Of a stretch of DNA of 64,000 nucleotides, positions 37,549-51,279 are shown piece after piece. The DNA comes from Octopus vulgaris (lineage: Eukaryota). The notes below the pieces were generated by a model that ran no database searches, was not told the DNA's origin, and saw nothing but the letters and a program-made list of their open reading frames with translations. The translations under genes and the position numbers were made by a program. Location of the stretch: assembly GCA_951406725.2 (NCBI GenBank), contig OX597815.1, positions 4,340,001 through 4,404,000 of the forward strand. Direction: 5' to 3'. Each line of letters starts with the position of its first letter. The stretch's first letter is position 1.

Positions 37549-38869
37549 CCTCTTTCCTTCCTTTCCTGAGCTTCTGATAATGCAGAACTTGTGCCACGTC
37601 CTTGCGTTATTGTTTTTCCTTGTTTGTTCTTCTTTGTTTGGATTCACTGTATACATATGTGTGTGTGTGTTTTTGTCCCACCCATCATCGCTTAATGGTG
37701 TGTCTACATCCTTGTAACTTAGCGGTTCGGCAAAAAGAGACCGATAGAATAAGTACTGGACTTACAAAGAATAAGTCCTGGGGGTCGATTTGTTCGATTT
37801 AAAGGCAGTGCTCCAACATGGCCACAGTCAAATGACTGAAACACGTAAAAGAATATAAGAATAATAAACTGGTTCTAATTCAACAATCAAAATATTTTTG
37901 ACAATTTTTTTTACACAATTCCTAAAAATATTTAATTATAAAAATTTAATTGGAATTTTCTTCAAACATTGAATGGCTAACAAAAGCCCACTTGTGTGGA
38001 ATAGGAATCTAAGGGATCCACAGTTAAAGAATGGTTGACAACCACTGGGTCTGGAACCACGTTTACAAGAGTTAAACGGTAGAGTGTGTCTGCAACAAGA
38101 TTTCTTCCTGCCATTATTTACGTTGCTTCATGGAAGAGAATTTAAAGGAGCGAAAGCTTGCTGCCAGATTTTGTACACCTCATGGTTTGTGTGACCCTTA
38201 GCTGCCAGATTTTGTACGCCTCATGGTTTGTGTGACCCCTAGCAGCATGTTGTTTCATAAGGAAATACAAAATGGTTGACTCAAAGTACCAGTGATATCT
38301 TCAGGTTGCAGGGAACTTTAATTGAAGAATATTATCTTTCAGTTTATAAAATTTGGTGTTGTGCCAGGCCATAAATCTCCTCATCGAATTCATTATCATT
38401 GCTCGAGATATCGTTTTTAGGGATTCACAGTGGAAATGAGTTATGGCTGGTGAAGGGACGGGGAGGTAATTATCTTCAATGACATTTTCCAATCAATTCT
38501 TCTTTTCTTGTTTTTACCATTTCTTTGAAATCTCTTCCAATTCTCTCTTGGCATTTGGTGAACACTCAATAATATGAATGAGGGCCTCTTAGGTCCTTAA
38601 TGAATTCAGAACATGTCTTGTCACATGATGATGGGCATTGAGCCAAGGACAAAGACAGCAAACAAACGAAGACAGCAACAACAACAACAACAACAATAGG
38701 AGTATGAAGAAGAATAAACAAAAAAAGAGACAAACCAATGAAAATCTACAACACATCATCATCATCATCATTGATAGGGGGGGGAAAGGAAAGTGCTTTA
38801 ATGAGGGACATTTAAAGTGGTAATATTGGTTGTGGGGATGGAGAGAGTAGTGGAAAGAATAAGGGTGGT

Positions 38870-39800
38870 GGTTGTGATGGTGGTGGTGGTGGTCGTAATA
38901 GGGTTGTGATACTGGTGGTGGTGGTGGTAGTGGTGGAGATTTTACAGATGCTGGTCAGATGTTGTTGATGGTGGTGGTGGTGGTGGTAGATGTGATGGAT
39001 GATGATGATGATGGTTGAGATGGTGATGGTGGTGGTGGTGGTAGTGGTGGAGATTTTACAGATGCTGGTCAGATGTTGTTGATGGTGGTGGTGGTGGTGG
39101 TAGATGTGATGGATGATGATGATGATGGTTGAGATGGTGATGGTGGTGGTGGTGGTAGTGGTGGAGATTTTACAGATGCTGGTCAGATGTTGTTGATGGT
39201 GGTGGTGGTGGTGGTAGATGTGATGGTAGATGATGATGATGGTTGAGATGGTGGTGGTGGTGGTGGTGGTCGTAATATGGTTGTGATACTGGTGGCAGTG
39301 GTAGACGTGATGATGATGATGGTTGTGATGGTGGTGGTGGAGATTTTACAGATGCTGGTCAGATGTTGTTGATGGTGGTGGTGGTGGTGGTAGATGTGAT
39401 GGATGATGATGATGATGGTTGAGATGGTGGTGGTGGTGGTGGTGGTCGTAATATGGTTGTGATACTGGTGGCAGTGGTAGACGTGATGATGATGATGGTT
39501 GTGGTGGTGGTGGTGGTGGAGATTTTACAGATGCTGGTCAGATGTTGTTGTTGATGATGGTGGTGGTGGTCGTCATAATATGGTTGTGATACTGGTGGTG
39601 GTGGAGATTTTACAGATGCTGGTCAGATGTTGGTGGTGGTGGTGGTAGTTGTGATGGTGATGGTGATGATGATGTTGGTTGTGATGGTGATGGTGGTGGT
39701 GGTGGTGGAGATTTTACAGATGCTGGTCAGTTGTTGTTGATAGTTGTGATGGTAGTTGTGAAGGGAATGATGATGATGATGATGATGATGGTTGAGATGG
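38870..39800. repeat. (GGT)n/(GAT)n tract with higher-order periodicity
   Basis: GGAGATTTTACAGATGCTGGTCAG recurs 7 times among trinucleotide runs. Confidence 0.92.
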
Positions 39801-39850
39801 TCAGGTGGTTTATTGGCAAGGAAGAAAAGTGTTGTTTGGCCTCTTTGCGC

Positions 39851-39881
<31 letters not shown>

Positions 39882-40514
39882 GTTGGGTGATTGTGTATGT
39901 GAAATAACAATAGTAGTAGTAGCAGTAGTAGTGGTGGTAGTGGTAGTAGTCCTTGCAGCCGGAGACTATAAATTGATCCTTGTTATGGCTATCTGCTCCA
40001 TCGACTTGAATATCAACTCTGGGTAGGTCGAAGAGAAAAGCGAGAGAGAGAGAAACAGAGGGGGGTGAGGGAGAGAGAGAAACAAAGAAAAGAACAGCAG
40101 ACAAGATTGTTGGGGAGGTGGGGAGGTGGTGGTGTAATTATGTGCGTGCGCACGCCCGTGTATGGAAGTGTGTATATTGATAGGTTTAAATATATGTGTA
40201 CATGTGATATACTTGGATATATGAATGTATGTATGGGGACGTGTGCTGGTACACACAAACACACACACACACACACACACGCGCGTATATATATGCGAAC
40301 ATCTACATGTACGGAGACATGTATCTGTGCTTGTGTACATACGCATCTATACACACATCCACACACACACACTCACATGCATATATTTGTGTCTCTATGT
40401 CGCAGGAACAAATCCAGGCTTATTTGTAATATAATTGTAAAATATCGATTTCTTTTGACCGGACTCGATATCAGTTGTAAGTTGGTACAGGAGGATATCA
40501 TCATCATCATCATC

Positions 40515-40548
<34 letters not shown>

Positions 40549-40899
40549 CCATCATCAAACATCCGTTTTCCATGCTGCCATGAGTTTGATAGCAGCTGGC
40601 ATGGTTGAGAGCCCATGGTCTGTTTCGGCATGGTCCCTTACAGCCCTGATGCCCTTCCTAATGCCGACCACTTTACAGAGTCCACTGGGTGCCCTTTTTA
40701 CATGGCACCATTACCAGTGCTTTTTCTATCTGGGACTGGCACCGGGGCTTTTCACCCAGCATTAGCACCAGTGTTTTCTATATGGCATAATCGCTGACAG
40801 GGTCACCAAGTACCTTGCAAGACAAAAGAACAAAACAGAAAAATGGACCCCACTACATTACCAGTATGTCTCTCTATAATCTCTATAATTGCAAGAAAT

Positions 40900-41543
40900 A
40901 CACTAATCCCTCAACTATCGTGGGTGTTATGTTCCAAACCCGCCCATCCCCCCGGCGATAGGTGAAAATCCGCGAAGTAGAAACAGTACTGTACTCTCTC
41001 TTTTACTTGTTTCAGTCATTTGACTGTGGCCATGCTGGAGCACTGCCTTTAGTCAAGCAAATCGACCCCAAGACTTATTCTTTGTAAACCTAGTACTTAT
41101 TCTATCAGTCTCTTTTACCAAACTGCTAAGTGGCGGGGACGTAAAGACACCAGCATCGGTTGTCAAGCGATGTTGGAGGAACAAACACAGACACACAAAC
41201 ACACACATATATATACACACGATGGGCTTCTTTCAGTTTCCATCTACCAAATCCACTCACAAGGCTTTGGTCGGTCCGAGGCTATAGTAGAAGACATTTG
41301 CCCAAGGTGCCATGCAGTGGGACTGAACCCGGAACCATGTGGTTGGTAAGCAAGCTACTTACCACACAGCCACTCCTACGCCTATACTGTATATTTTTAT
41401 TTTTATAATTTGTATATATTCATTTTATTATAAATGTAGAACAACACCACGGAGGAATCTATGTAAGCTTAGATAATAAACCGCGATAGCTGAACCACGA
41501 TACTGTATCAGTGGATTACTGTATCAGGCGACGGATTACTGTA
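40900..41543. mobile_element. Tigger/pogo-like MITE with nested SINE A (about 40993-41384, -)
   Basis: TA-CACTAATCCCTCAACTATCG ... GGATTACTG-TA termini (right end duplicated); SINE flanked by TACTGTA on both sides. Confidence 0.65.
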
Positions 41544-42513
41544 TGAGTCAAATTTCTCGCAGATCATCGCACTTTCCCGTCTTGACACATTAGCTAATGT
41601 ACTCCTAGATAACTCTAAACATTCAATGATCATGAATGAAAATCATGGATAGTAAGTGAGCTAAACTGTAAGCTAAACTTGTAAGTTCAATGTGTTGGTC
41701 ATGGACACAAGAGACAACCCACATTTCCTTCTGTTAGCCTTTCGATGTCTTATCAATATGGCCTGTTGTTGCTCTCTAGAAATTTCTACAAGATTTGGAA
41801 CTGAGATTGTGACAAGTTCATATTTATGTCAGAGATTCTTGTGTTCTTTGACTTGTTTTGGTCATTTGATTGTGGCCATGCTGGAGCACCATCATGGAGG
41901 CACATGGCCTAGTGGTTAGAGCAGTGGACTCGCGGTCAAAAGATTGCAGGTTTGAATCTCAGACCAGGCGATGTGTGTGTTTATATGCTCCACGCGGCTC
42001 CGGCAGAAGGTAATGGCAAACTTCTGCTGACTCTTTCGACACAACTTTCTCTCACTCTTTCCTGCGTCTTGCAGCTCACCTGCGATGGAGCTTTGGTCGG
42101 TCCAAGGCTATAGTAGAAGACACTTGTCCAAGGTTCCACGCAGTGGGACTGAACCTGGAACCATGTGGTTCATAAGCAAGCTACTTACCACCCAGCCACT
42201 CATACCACTTATATTCACCTTCCCATCACTCGAGGGTTTGTTCTGATACATCTTCCCCTTGATCAGCTTTCATTTCAAATAAGGGTTACTATATGTCTCC
42301 CCCTTCAACCATTCACCTATTATTTTTGTGTCTGAACACCACCTTTAATATTACACCCCCACACTTAATCAAATTACTTGGTGTCCTCCCTAGTGCCAAC
42401 GATGGCACTCTGTTGGTTACGAGGACAAGTGTTCCAGTTGATCCAATGAATGGAACAGCCAGCTTGTGAAATTAATGTTCAAGTGACTGAGTATTCCACA
42501 GACATGTGTACCC

Positions 42514-42995
42514 TTAACCCTTTCATTACCAACCCAGCTGAAACCAGCTCTGACTCTGTAGTACAAATGTCTTGTTTTCATAAGTTTTGAATTAAAATCT
42601 TCCACCAAACCTTAGACACAATTTATGTTCCTAACACTAGCTGAATGATAACTAAGTTATTTTACTAAATTCTTTGTTATATTTAAAGTAATTGAAAGAA
42701 ACACAAAGCATCTCAATAGAAATATGGTAACAAAAGGGTTAAAATATACAATAGGGAAACAATTCTTAACCCTTTTGATACCAACCTGGCTGAAACCGTC
42801 TCTGGCTCTGTAATACAAATGTCTTGTTTTCATAAGTTTTGAAGTAAAAATCTTCCACCAAACCTTAGTCACAATTTATGTTCCTGACCCTAGCTGAATG
42901 ATAACCAAGTTATTTTACTAAATTCTTTGTTATATTTAAAGTAATTGAAAGAAACACAGAGCATCTCAACAGAAATATGGTAACGAAAGGGTTAA
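42514..42995 (-). mobile_element. piggyBac-like MITE dimer with TTAA TSD
   Basis: Inserted at CCC-TTAA-TGTAGTT of a host repeat seen uninterrupted near 14070 and 61395. Confidence 0.88.
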
Positions 42996-43980
42996 TGTAG
43001 TTTTCAGGGAGATTCAGCATGACACGGAATGTGACAAGGCTGGCCCCCTTTGAATTACTGGTACTATTCATTTTTACCATCTGAGTAGACTGGAGCAACG
43101 TGATGTCAAGTGTCCTGCTCAAGGATACAACGCACTGCCGGGAATTGAACTCACAATTGTATGATTGTGAGCTGAGTGCCCTAACCACTGAGCCACATAG
43201 CTTCTGCAAAAAAAATATAAACGTAAAACACAATAACAAGAATGAGAAGTGTCTTGGTTTGGGGTCGGGGTCGGGTGGAGCGGGTCTGGGAGTCGCACGG
43301 TTTCTAATAAGAAATGGCAATTTATCTGCATTGAGATTCTCTCTCAGCGAGGTTATCATTGATTAAGTTTATTGCTTGTGAGACTGTCTTCTACTGCAGC
43401 AGCAGCAGCAGAAGACATTAGCAGGGCGGGGGGGGGGGGAAGGTGGCGGTGCTGTTGAATTGCTTCTCTATCTTTGCTTTGAGAAACTGGAGAAAGTTGC
43501 CAGATACCGAATTAAACAGGATATAAATAAATAAAGAAAGAAAGAAAGAAAGAAATATATGGAAATTCTCTCTGAAGACAACTGCAGAATAAAAGAGAGG
43601 AAAAAAAAAACAAAAAAAAGAATTACAATAAAACAGAAAAAAAAAAAAGATATGATTTTTTCAGAGGACTGTGATTCTCTCTCGCACAGACCTGCTTATC
43701 TTTCGGTATCACAGAATAACTCCAAATATACAAGAATTCTTTATTTACAGATTTGTTATGCACAAATACACGGTTATCTTGAAATGAGATGATAGCAATC
43801 GGGAAAAGTGAAGAGTCAGTTTTATGTCTGTCGTCCCTCTGGAGTCTATTAAAATAACCAGCAGACATTAGCAGGAGTCTGATTCCATCAACCAATCAAC
43901 CATTTCTCTCCTCTGCAATGTCTTGTGCTAATGCGAGGGATCATTGTCTCATATTCTCTTATAATCATCATCATTTAATG

Positions 43981-44502
43981 TATTGGGTTGTCTAGAAAGT
44001 TTGTGCCGATTTATAGCAGCTTACCTTTGAACTTATCTTAGAACATGGTTGAGTCCATAAAATAGGATTTGACTACACCTCCATTTAGAGCACAGTTTAC
44101 GCTATCTTTTCGTGGAAGAGGGTTTATGTTCCTATAGCCTGTGTTAATTCTGTAACCCTTTAAAATGGAAGATAAGAAAGTTCATTTTCAGCACTTGATG
44201 CTTTGGGAACCAGACACAAATTGCTGCAGCTTGGCTGGGATGTGTTACCCCACCCTCCATATTCACCAGATATTGCTCCTTCGGATTTCCACTTATTCAG
44301 GTCTCTGCAGAATAGTCTTAATGGTAAAAATTTCAATTCTTTGGATGCCGTAAAAAGATACCTTGATGAATTCTTTGCCATGAAACCACCTCAATTCTGG
44401 GAAGAGGGTATTTTCAAGTTAAAGGAAAGATGGAGAAGCATTGTACAGCAAAATGGTTCATGTTTGGTTGATGAAAAAAATATAGTGGCAAGTATTTATT
44501 GA
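43981..44502 (+). mobile_element. Internally deleted mariner transposon
   Basis: TA-TTGGGTTGTCTAGAAAG left TIR; MEDKKVHFQHLML fused to ...WDVLPHPPYSPDIAPSDFHLFRSLQ (mariner YSPDLAPSD motif); right TIR not seen. Confidence 0.9.
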
Positions 44503-45095
44503 CCCTGACTTGTCATGCTCTGCAGCATCCGCATCATCAATCATCATTTAACATCCACTCGTGTGTGAGACAAACGGAATTTGTTGAGGTGTATGCCCTT
44601 CCTGTCACTAATTCTAACCTGACTGGCACCTGTGCCAGTGGCCCATAAAAAATAATACCCAGTACATTCTGTAAAGTGGTTGGCATTAGGAAGAGTATCC
44701 AGCTGTAGAACCCATGCTAAAACAATCAACTGGGGCCTGATGCAGCTCTCTGGCTTGCCAGCTTCCATTGAACTGTCCAACCCATGTCAGCATGGAAAAT
44801 GGACGTTAAATGATGATGATGATGTTGGCTGGTAGAATTTTTAGCTCATCAGATGAAACACTAAACAGCAATTGTTTTGGCTCTTTATACCATCATCATC
44901 ATCATCATCATTCAATGTCCGCTTTCCATGCTGGCATGGGTTGGACGGTTTGACTGAGGACTGACAAGCCAGGAGGCTGCACCAGTCTCCAGTCTTATCT
45001 GGTAAAATTTTTACAGCTGGATGCCCTTCCTAATGCCAACCACTCCAAGAGTGTAGTGGGTGCTTTTTATGTGCCACCGGCACAGGAGCCAGTCA

Positions 45096-45273
45096 AGGGG
45101 CACTGACATAGTAAAGGGTCACTGGTATAGGCAGGGGGCACTGGTATAGTCAAGGGGCACTGGTATAGGCAGGGGACACTGGTATAAGCAGGGGCACTGC
45201 TATAGTCAGCGGGCACTGGTATAGTCAGGGGTCACTGATGTAGTCAGGGGTGGGGCACTGGTATAGTCAGGGG
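45096..45273. repeat. ~17-18-bp minisatellite GGGGCACTGGTATAGTCA
   Basis: About 10 degenerate copies grown from the edge of an RTE UTR. Confidence 0.9.
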
Positions 45274-45448
45274 ACCTGGGTTCAGATTCAGTTTAGGTCA
45301 ACTATACTACTCATCGCCCCTGGGTGTGGTAACATACATGTACTGGTCAAATACTTGCACCCCTCCCCTTAAAATTGCTGACCTTGTGCCAAAATTAGAA
45401 ACAGTTGTTGTTGTTATTATAAATTTGTTTTTGTTGTTGTTGTTGCAG

Positions 45449-45609
45449 GAAGTGATCTTATTGACTGGTTGATGAAGAAACTCGATATCACAGAACTTAA
45501 CGAAGTCTACCACTTAGCCAGTCTCCTCTGTCACTATGGATATATTTTCCCAATCACCGATACGAAATCGTTGAGTGTCAAAGAAGATGGATCCTTATAC
45601 CGCTTTCAG
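45449..45609 (+). CDS. R7-family RGS protein, DEP domain exon, 161 nt
   Basis: ttgcag|GA...TTTCAG|gtaac; (G)SDLIDWLMKKLDITELNEVYHLASLLCHYGYIFPITDTKSLSVKEDGSLYRFQ; phase matches the previous exon. Confidence 0.95.
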
Positions 45610-46502
45610 GTAACATTTGCATCAATGTATATATATATACATGTGCGTGTGTGTGTGTGTGTGTGTTGTTTTAACCTTTTGCTAATGATATTTCTAATTA
45701 AACAAATCGGCAAACTGGCAGAATCGTTAACGTGCCAGGCAAAATGCTTGGCAGTATTTCGCCTGACACTATGTTCTGAGATCAAATGCTGACAAGATCA
45801 ACTTTATTTTTTTTCTCCTTTTGGGGGTCAGTAAAATAAGTACCAGTTATGCACTGAGGGCCTATGTAATCGACTACACTCCTCAACCAAAATTTCAGGC
45901 CTTGTCCCTAAAATAAAAAGGATTATTATTGTTATTATTCTCATTAAGGTAAGCTATTATTAACTTACCTACTCCCCACTGGAATTACTGGCCTTGTGCC
46001 AAGATGTGAAACCAATATTTCTAATTAAAGTCCATCATCATCATCATCATTTAACATCCGTTTTTCCATGCCGGTATGGGTTGGATGATTTTATCAGATC
46101 CAACAAGCTGTCAAATTGCATTAAACTCCAATGTCAGACTTTTGCATCGTTTCTATGGCTTGGCGCCTTTCCTATGCCATCCACTTTACAGAATGTACTT
46201 AACTCCTGTTTTTTCTTTTAAAATTTTATTTCATGGCACTGTGCTGGGGCCACGTCATCAAAAGCCCCCAGTGCCCTCCGTAAAGTGGTTGGCACTAAGA
46301 AGGGCACCCAGCCATAGAAACCACAGCAAAGCAGTTATTGAAGCCTGATGCAACCCTCTGACCTGACAGATCTTCTCAAATTGTTCAACTGATGCCAGGA
46401 TGGGAAATAGGCATGAAATGAAGATGATGATGATGATGGCTTTAAAATAACCATTGTAGAAGACACTTGCCCAAGGTGTCACAGAGTGTGATTGGTCAGA
46501 AC

Positions 46503-46730
46503 CTATTTCTTTACTACCCACAAGGGGCTAAACACAGAGGGGACAAACAAGGACAGACAAACGGATTAAGTCGATTACATCGACCCCAGTGCGTAACTGG
46601 TACTTAATTTATCGACCCCAAAAGGATGAAAGGCAAAGTCGACCTCGGCGGAATTTGAACTCAGAACGTAACGGCAGATGAAATATGGCTACACATTTCT
46701 CCCGGCGTGCTAACGTTTCTGCCAGCTTGC
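46503..46730 (-). mobile_element. SINE family B inserted in a SINE A head
   Basis: Near-identical to 23667-23898; SINE A pieces on both sides. Confidence 0.8.
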
Positions 46731-48219
46731 CTGGATTGAACCCAGAACCATGCGGATGGGAAGCAACCATTTTACTAGAAAGCCACGCCTGTGCCTTGCT
46801 TAAGACGTTCACAAAAGTATGAGCCTCTCAAAGCAAACACCATTCTGTGTGCATTCATTCTGAATTTGTAACGCATCCATTGGAGTTCACTTGTGTTGCG
46901 TAGGTTCAATGACGTAAATATTGAGAATATATGAGAGACAGTCTGATTGATTTTTATTCCAATTCAATTCTAAAAAAATTGATCTCTGTCTAGCTATACC
47001 AGATCAATATGCATTTTATTTGCAGTCCAGATATATAGCATGGCAAGAAGTGTGCTTCCCAACCACATGGTCCTGGGTTCAGTCCCACTGCACAGCTCCT
47101 TGGGCAAGTGTCTTCTACTATAGCCTTGGGCCAACCAAAAACTTGTGCCTGGATTTGGTAGATGGAAACTTAAAGAAGCCCATCGTGTGTGTGTGAGTGA
47201 GTGTGTCTTTGTTTTTATTCCCTACCACCACCACCACCACCACTTAGTAACCGGTGTTGGTGTGTTTACATCCCAGTAACTTAGCAGTTTGGCAAAAGAG
47301 ACTGATAGAATAAATATCAGGCTTTAAAAAAATAAGTATTGGGACAGATTCATTCGAATAAAAATTTGAGGCAGTGCTCCACCAAGGCCATAGTCTAATG
47401 ATTGAAACAAGTTAAAGATAAACATATCTATCTATCTATCATATATATATATATATATATATCATCATCGTTTAATGTCAGCTTTCCATGCTAGCATGGG
47501 TTGCACGATTTGACTGAGGTCTGGCATACCAGACTCCAATCTGATCTGGCAATGTTTCTACACCTGGATGCCCTTCTTAACGCTAACCGCTCCGAGAGTG
47601 TAGTGGGTGTTTTTACGTGCCACTGGCACAAGGGCCAGTTGGGTGGTACTGGCAACGGCCACACTCAAATGGTGCTTTTTATGTGCCACCTGCGCAGGAG
47701 CCAGCCCAGCGGCACTGGCAACGACCTTGCTCGAATGTTTTTTCTTCACGTGCTACCAGCACAAGTGCTAGTAAGGTGACGCAGGTAATGATCATGCTCA
47801 AATGGTGTGTTCAACCTGCCATCGGCACGAGGGCCAGCTTGTTGCTCTGGCAATGGTCTCACTCGTATGGTACTTTTTGTGCTCCACTAGCTACGGACAC
47901 CAGTCACCAAGTTTGATTTCGATTTCTCGTGCCTCAGCAGGTCTTTGCAATCAAGTTTGATTCCCAAAGAGAGTTAGAGGTCGTAAATCCAACTGACGGA
48001 TAGTATCTACCCAATATACTGCTGGTAGAATACCCAATTATTGAGCGTAATAAATGGGCGAGGGTAAAAAGAAGTTTTACCCTTAATTTATACGGCAAGA
48101 AAAAAATGGAGGGGATCCTGAGATGCATCAACTGTTAGACATTATATTATGTCTATTTATTTATTTTAAACAATTCTGAGAATATATATACATGTGTAAA
48201 GATTGTGTTTTACATATAT

Positions 48220-48526
48220 TTTTTTTTTTCGTGACCGACCATACCATCAGATGTTGTTACACATCGCTGGTCACAATGCGTTCACATTGTTTTAGCCTTC
48301 GAATGACGCCACCCCACTGGCTAAGCGAGCAGGCCAACAGAAGAAAGAGTGAGAGAAAGTTGTGGTGAAAGAGTACAGCAGGGATCACCACCCCCTGCCG
48401 GAGCCTCGTGGAGCTTTTTAGATGTTTTCGCTCAATAAACACTCACAACGCCCGGTCTAGGGATCGAAACCGTGATCCTATGACCGCTAGTCCGCTGCCC
48501 TAACCACTGGGCCATTGCGCCTCCAC
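48220..48526 (-). mobile_element. SINE family D, full length, poly-A tail, TSD
   Basis: TSD GTTTTACATATAT at 48207-48219 and 48527-48539. Confidence 0.9.
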
Positions 48527-48680
48527 GTTTTACATATATAAGTACCAGTAATTTCTAGAATAGAGAAAGAACATGTATATATATTCTCATAACTGTTTAA
48601 AATAAATAAATAGACATAATATAATATAATGTCTAACAGTTAATGCATACTACCTCTGGATCCCTCCATTTTCTTTTTGC

Positions 48681-48731
<51 letters not shown>

Positions 48732-49274
48732 GAAACTTACAGAAAGATGAAGACAGGTGTATGAACAATCAGGTGTATTAGTTTGACACTCGGAAAAGTG
48801 AGAAAGTCTTTTACATTTCGAGCCTACACTCTTCATCAAAAAGGAACACGAAATAAACAGAGAATTAAAAATACTCTCTCTCCCTGTCCCTCTCTCTCTC
48901 ACACACATGCACACACATACACAACTATTAAAGCAGTAAGTAAAGAAGTAATTGCTGTGGCATTCATTCTTTTCCTCTTACTCATTGACAGCAAAATTGC
49001 AGAGAGAAAATTATTGCTAGACATGTGAATAAAATCTTCTTCATAAATTTGCTTTAGGTTTCTTTTTTTTTTTATATATATATTTATTAGTTGCTTACTT
49101 TATGAAGCTTTACTAACTCATACACAATCACACACACACACACACTTGCATCATCCTACATATAGATATTTAAGAAGCTTATATGACTTGAAAATTCACT
49201 AGAAGTGAATAATTGTGTACGTGCATATGTATGTTTGTCATGTGTATATGTGTGAATATGTATATGAATGCTTT

Positions 49275-49313
<39 letters not shown>

Positions 49314-49855
49314 TTTACAATCTATTTATTTAGTCTATATTTCAAAAAATATAGAAATAAAATAAGTACTAAGTTATTTTCCCCCCCTGGCAAAGAAAAT
49401 AGAGGATATCAAAGAAACCATCTTATATAAACGTTACCAAAAACACCAAAACAACATCTGAAAAGCATAAAAATAATAATAAATAAAATGCAAAAACTAC
49501 ATTATCAAATATCAAATAATGTAGAATATAAACCATTCCATATCAAATTTATCCATAAACCATCGCAGTAGACATCGCTCTCTTCCTCTCTTCTTTGTCA
49601 TCGTTGACTCATTCTCTCTCAGAATCCGTTTTTTATCACCATTAAATAACAAAACTGTTTTTCTTTCAAAATTCCACTCTTGAAATATTCTGGGGTCGTT
49701 CCCAGGATTCCTTCTCAAGTTTCTTCAGTTGCAAAATGCCAAAAAAAGAAAAAATTAAAATTCTTGTTATCAAGTGGCAATCTTCACAACTGGATTCTTT
49801 CAGAGAAGAAACCAAACCAACAGCACGGAATCATGCAATAACGGTAGATGGAGTT

Positions 49856-49965
49856 GTCATCATCATCATCATCATCGTCATCATCATCGTCATCATCATC
49901 ATCGTCATCATCATCATCATCATCGTCATCGTCATCATCATCATCATCGTCATCATCATCATCCA
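49856..49965. repeat. (CAT)n/(CGT) microsatellite
   Basis: Direct reading. Confidence 0.95.
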
Positions 49966-50886
49966 CATTATCATATTTTAGGACTATTTCAAGGCCAGAT
50001 TCTTTCCATCATTCACCTCGTCCGCCCCACTTTGATGTGGTCCTTAGTCAACTCTACTTCGTTTGTGATTATTCTTTCAAATCCCATCCCACATTTACGA
50101 CTTCCTTCTCTCAGCTGAGGGTTATTTTTTGTTTTGCAAATTACTCAGTGCTGGTGCCACACAAAAAGCATCCAGTACACTCTGTAAAGGGATTGGCTTC
50201 AAGAAGGGCATCAAGCTGTAGAAACCACATCAAAACAGACAATGGAGCCTGGTGCAGCCCCTGGCCTCACCAGCTCCTATCAAACCATCTGACCCATGCC
50301 AACATGGAAAACGGAGATTAAATGATGAGGATGATGATGATGGTGATGATGATCTCTCATAGGCATAAGCATGGCTGTGTGGTAAGAAGCTTGCTTCCCA
50401 ACCACATGGTTTCAGGTTCAGTTCCATTGTGTGGCACCTTGGGCTCAGGTCAACCAAAGCCGTGTGAGTGCATTTTGGAGACAGAAAATGAAAGAAGCCA
50501 GTCGTATATATCATCATTTAACGTCCACTTTCCATGCTAGCATGGGTTGGACGATTTGACTGAGGGTTGGTGAACCAGATGGCTGCACCAGGCTTCAATC
50601 TTGATCTGGCAGAGTTTCTCTGAGAGTGTAGTGGGTGCTTTTATGTGCCACTGGCTTGGAGGCCAGTCAGGCGGTACTGGCAATGACCTCACTCGAATCT
50701 TTTTACACATGCCACCGGCACAGGTGCCAGTAAGGCGATGCTGGTAATGATCACGCTCAAATGGTGTCTCTTACGTGCCACCAGCATGGAGGCCAGTTAG
50801 CCGCTCTGGCAATGATCACGCTCGGATGGTGCTCTTAGCACCCTACTAGCACGGGGCTCAAGTGCTAGTAAGGCAACACTGGTAAC

Positions 50887-50920
<34 letters not shown>

Positions 50921-51279
50921 CTGTGTTTGTCGCACCCCTTCCTCCACTTGACAACCAATGTTGGTGTGTTTATGTTCCTGTAACTTAGCAGTTCAGTAAA
51001 AGAAACCGATAGAATAAGTACTTGGCTTACAAAGACTAAGTCCTGGGGGTCGATTTCTTCAACCAAAAGACAGTGCTCCAGTATGGCCACAGTCAAACAA
51101 ATGAACAAATAAAAGAATATCTTTCTTGATCTTGCAGATTCCCTGCATTTGGATTAGCTGACCCTCATTTACTGCCCCCCTCCCCACCCTGCCCCAGTCC
51201 CTATTGTCCTCCATAAACATCCCGAGTCCCAATAAACTTTGTCTTCTCACCTACAACATCTGATTTCTCTTTTCTGTTT

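Noticed and set aside
38870-39800. CRISPR-like repeat-spacer array
   Set aside because: Spacers are mutually similar microsatellites, the context is eukaryotic and there are no cas genes.
44203-44502. Functional transposase or SETMAR-like host gene
   Set aside because: DNA-binding domain and first two catalytic residues are deleted; no exon context.
45610-45792. Continuation of ORF 45469-45792 past YRFQ
   Set aside because: A GT donor at 45610 is followed by microsatellite and SINE sequence; homology resumes at 61698.
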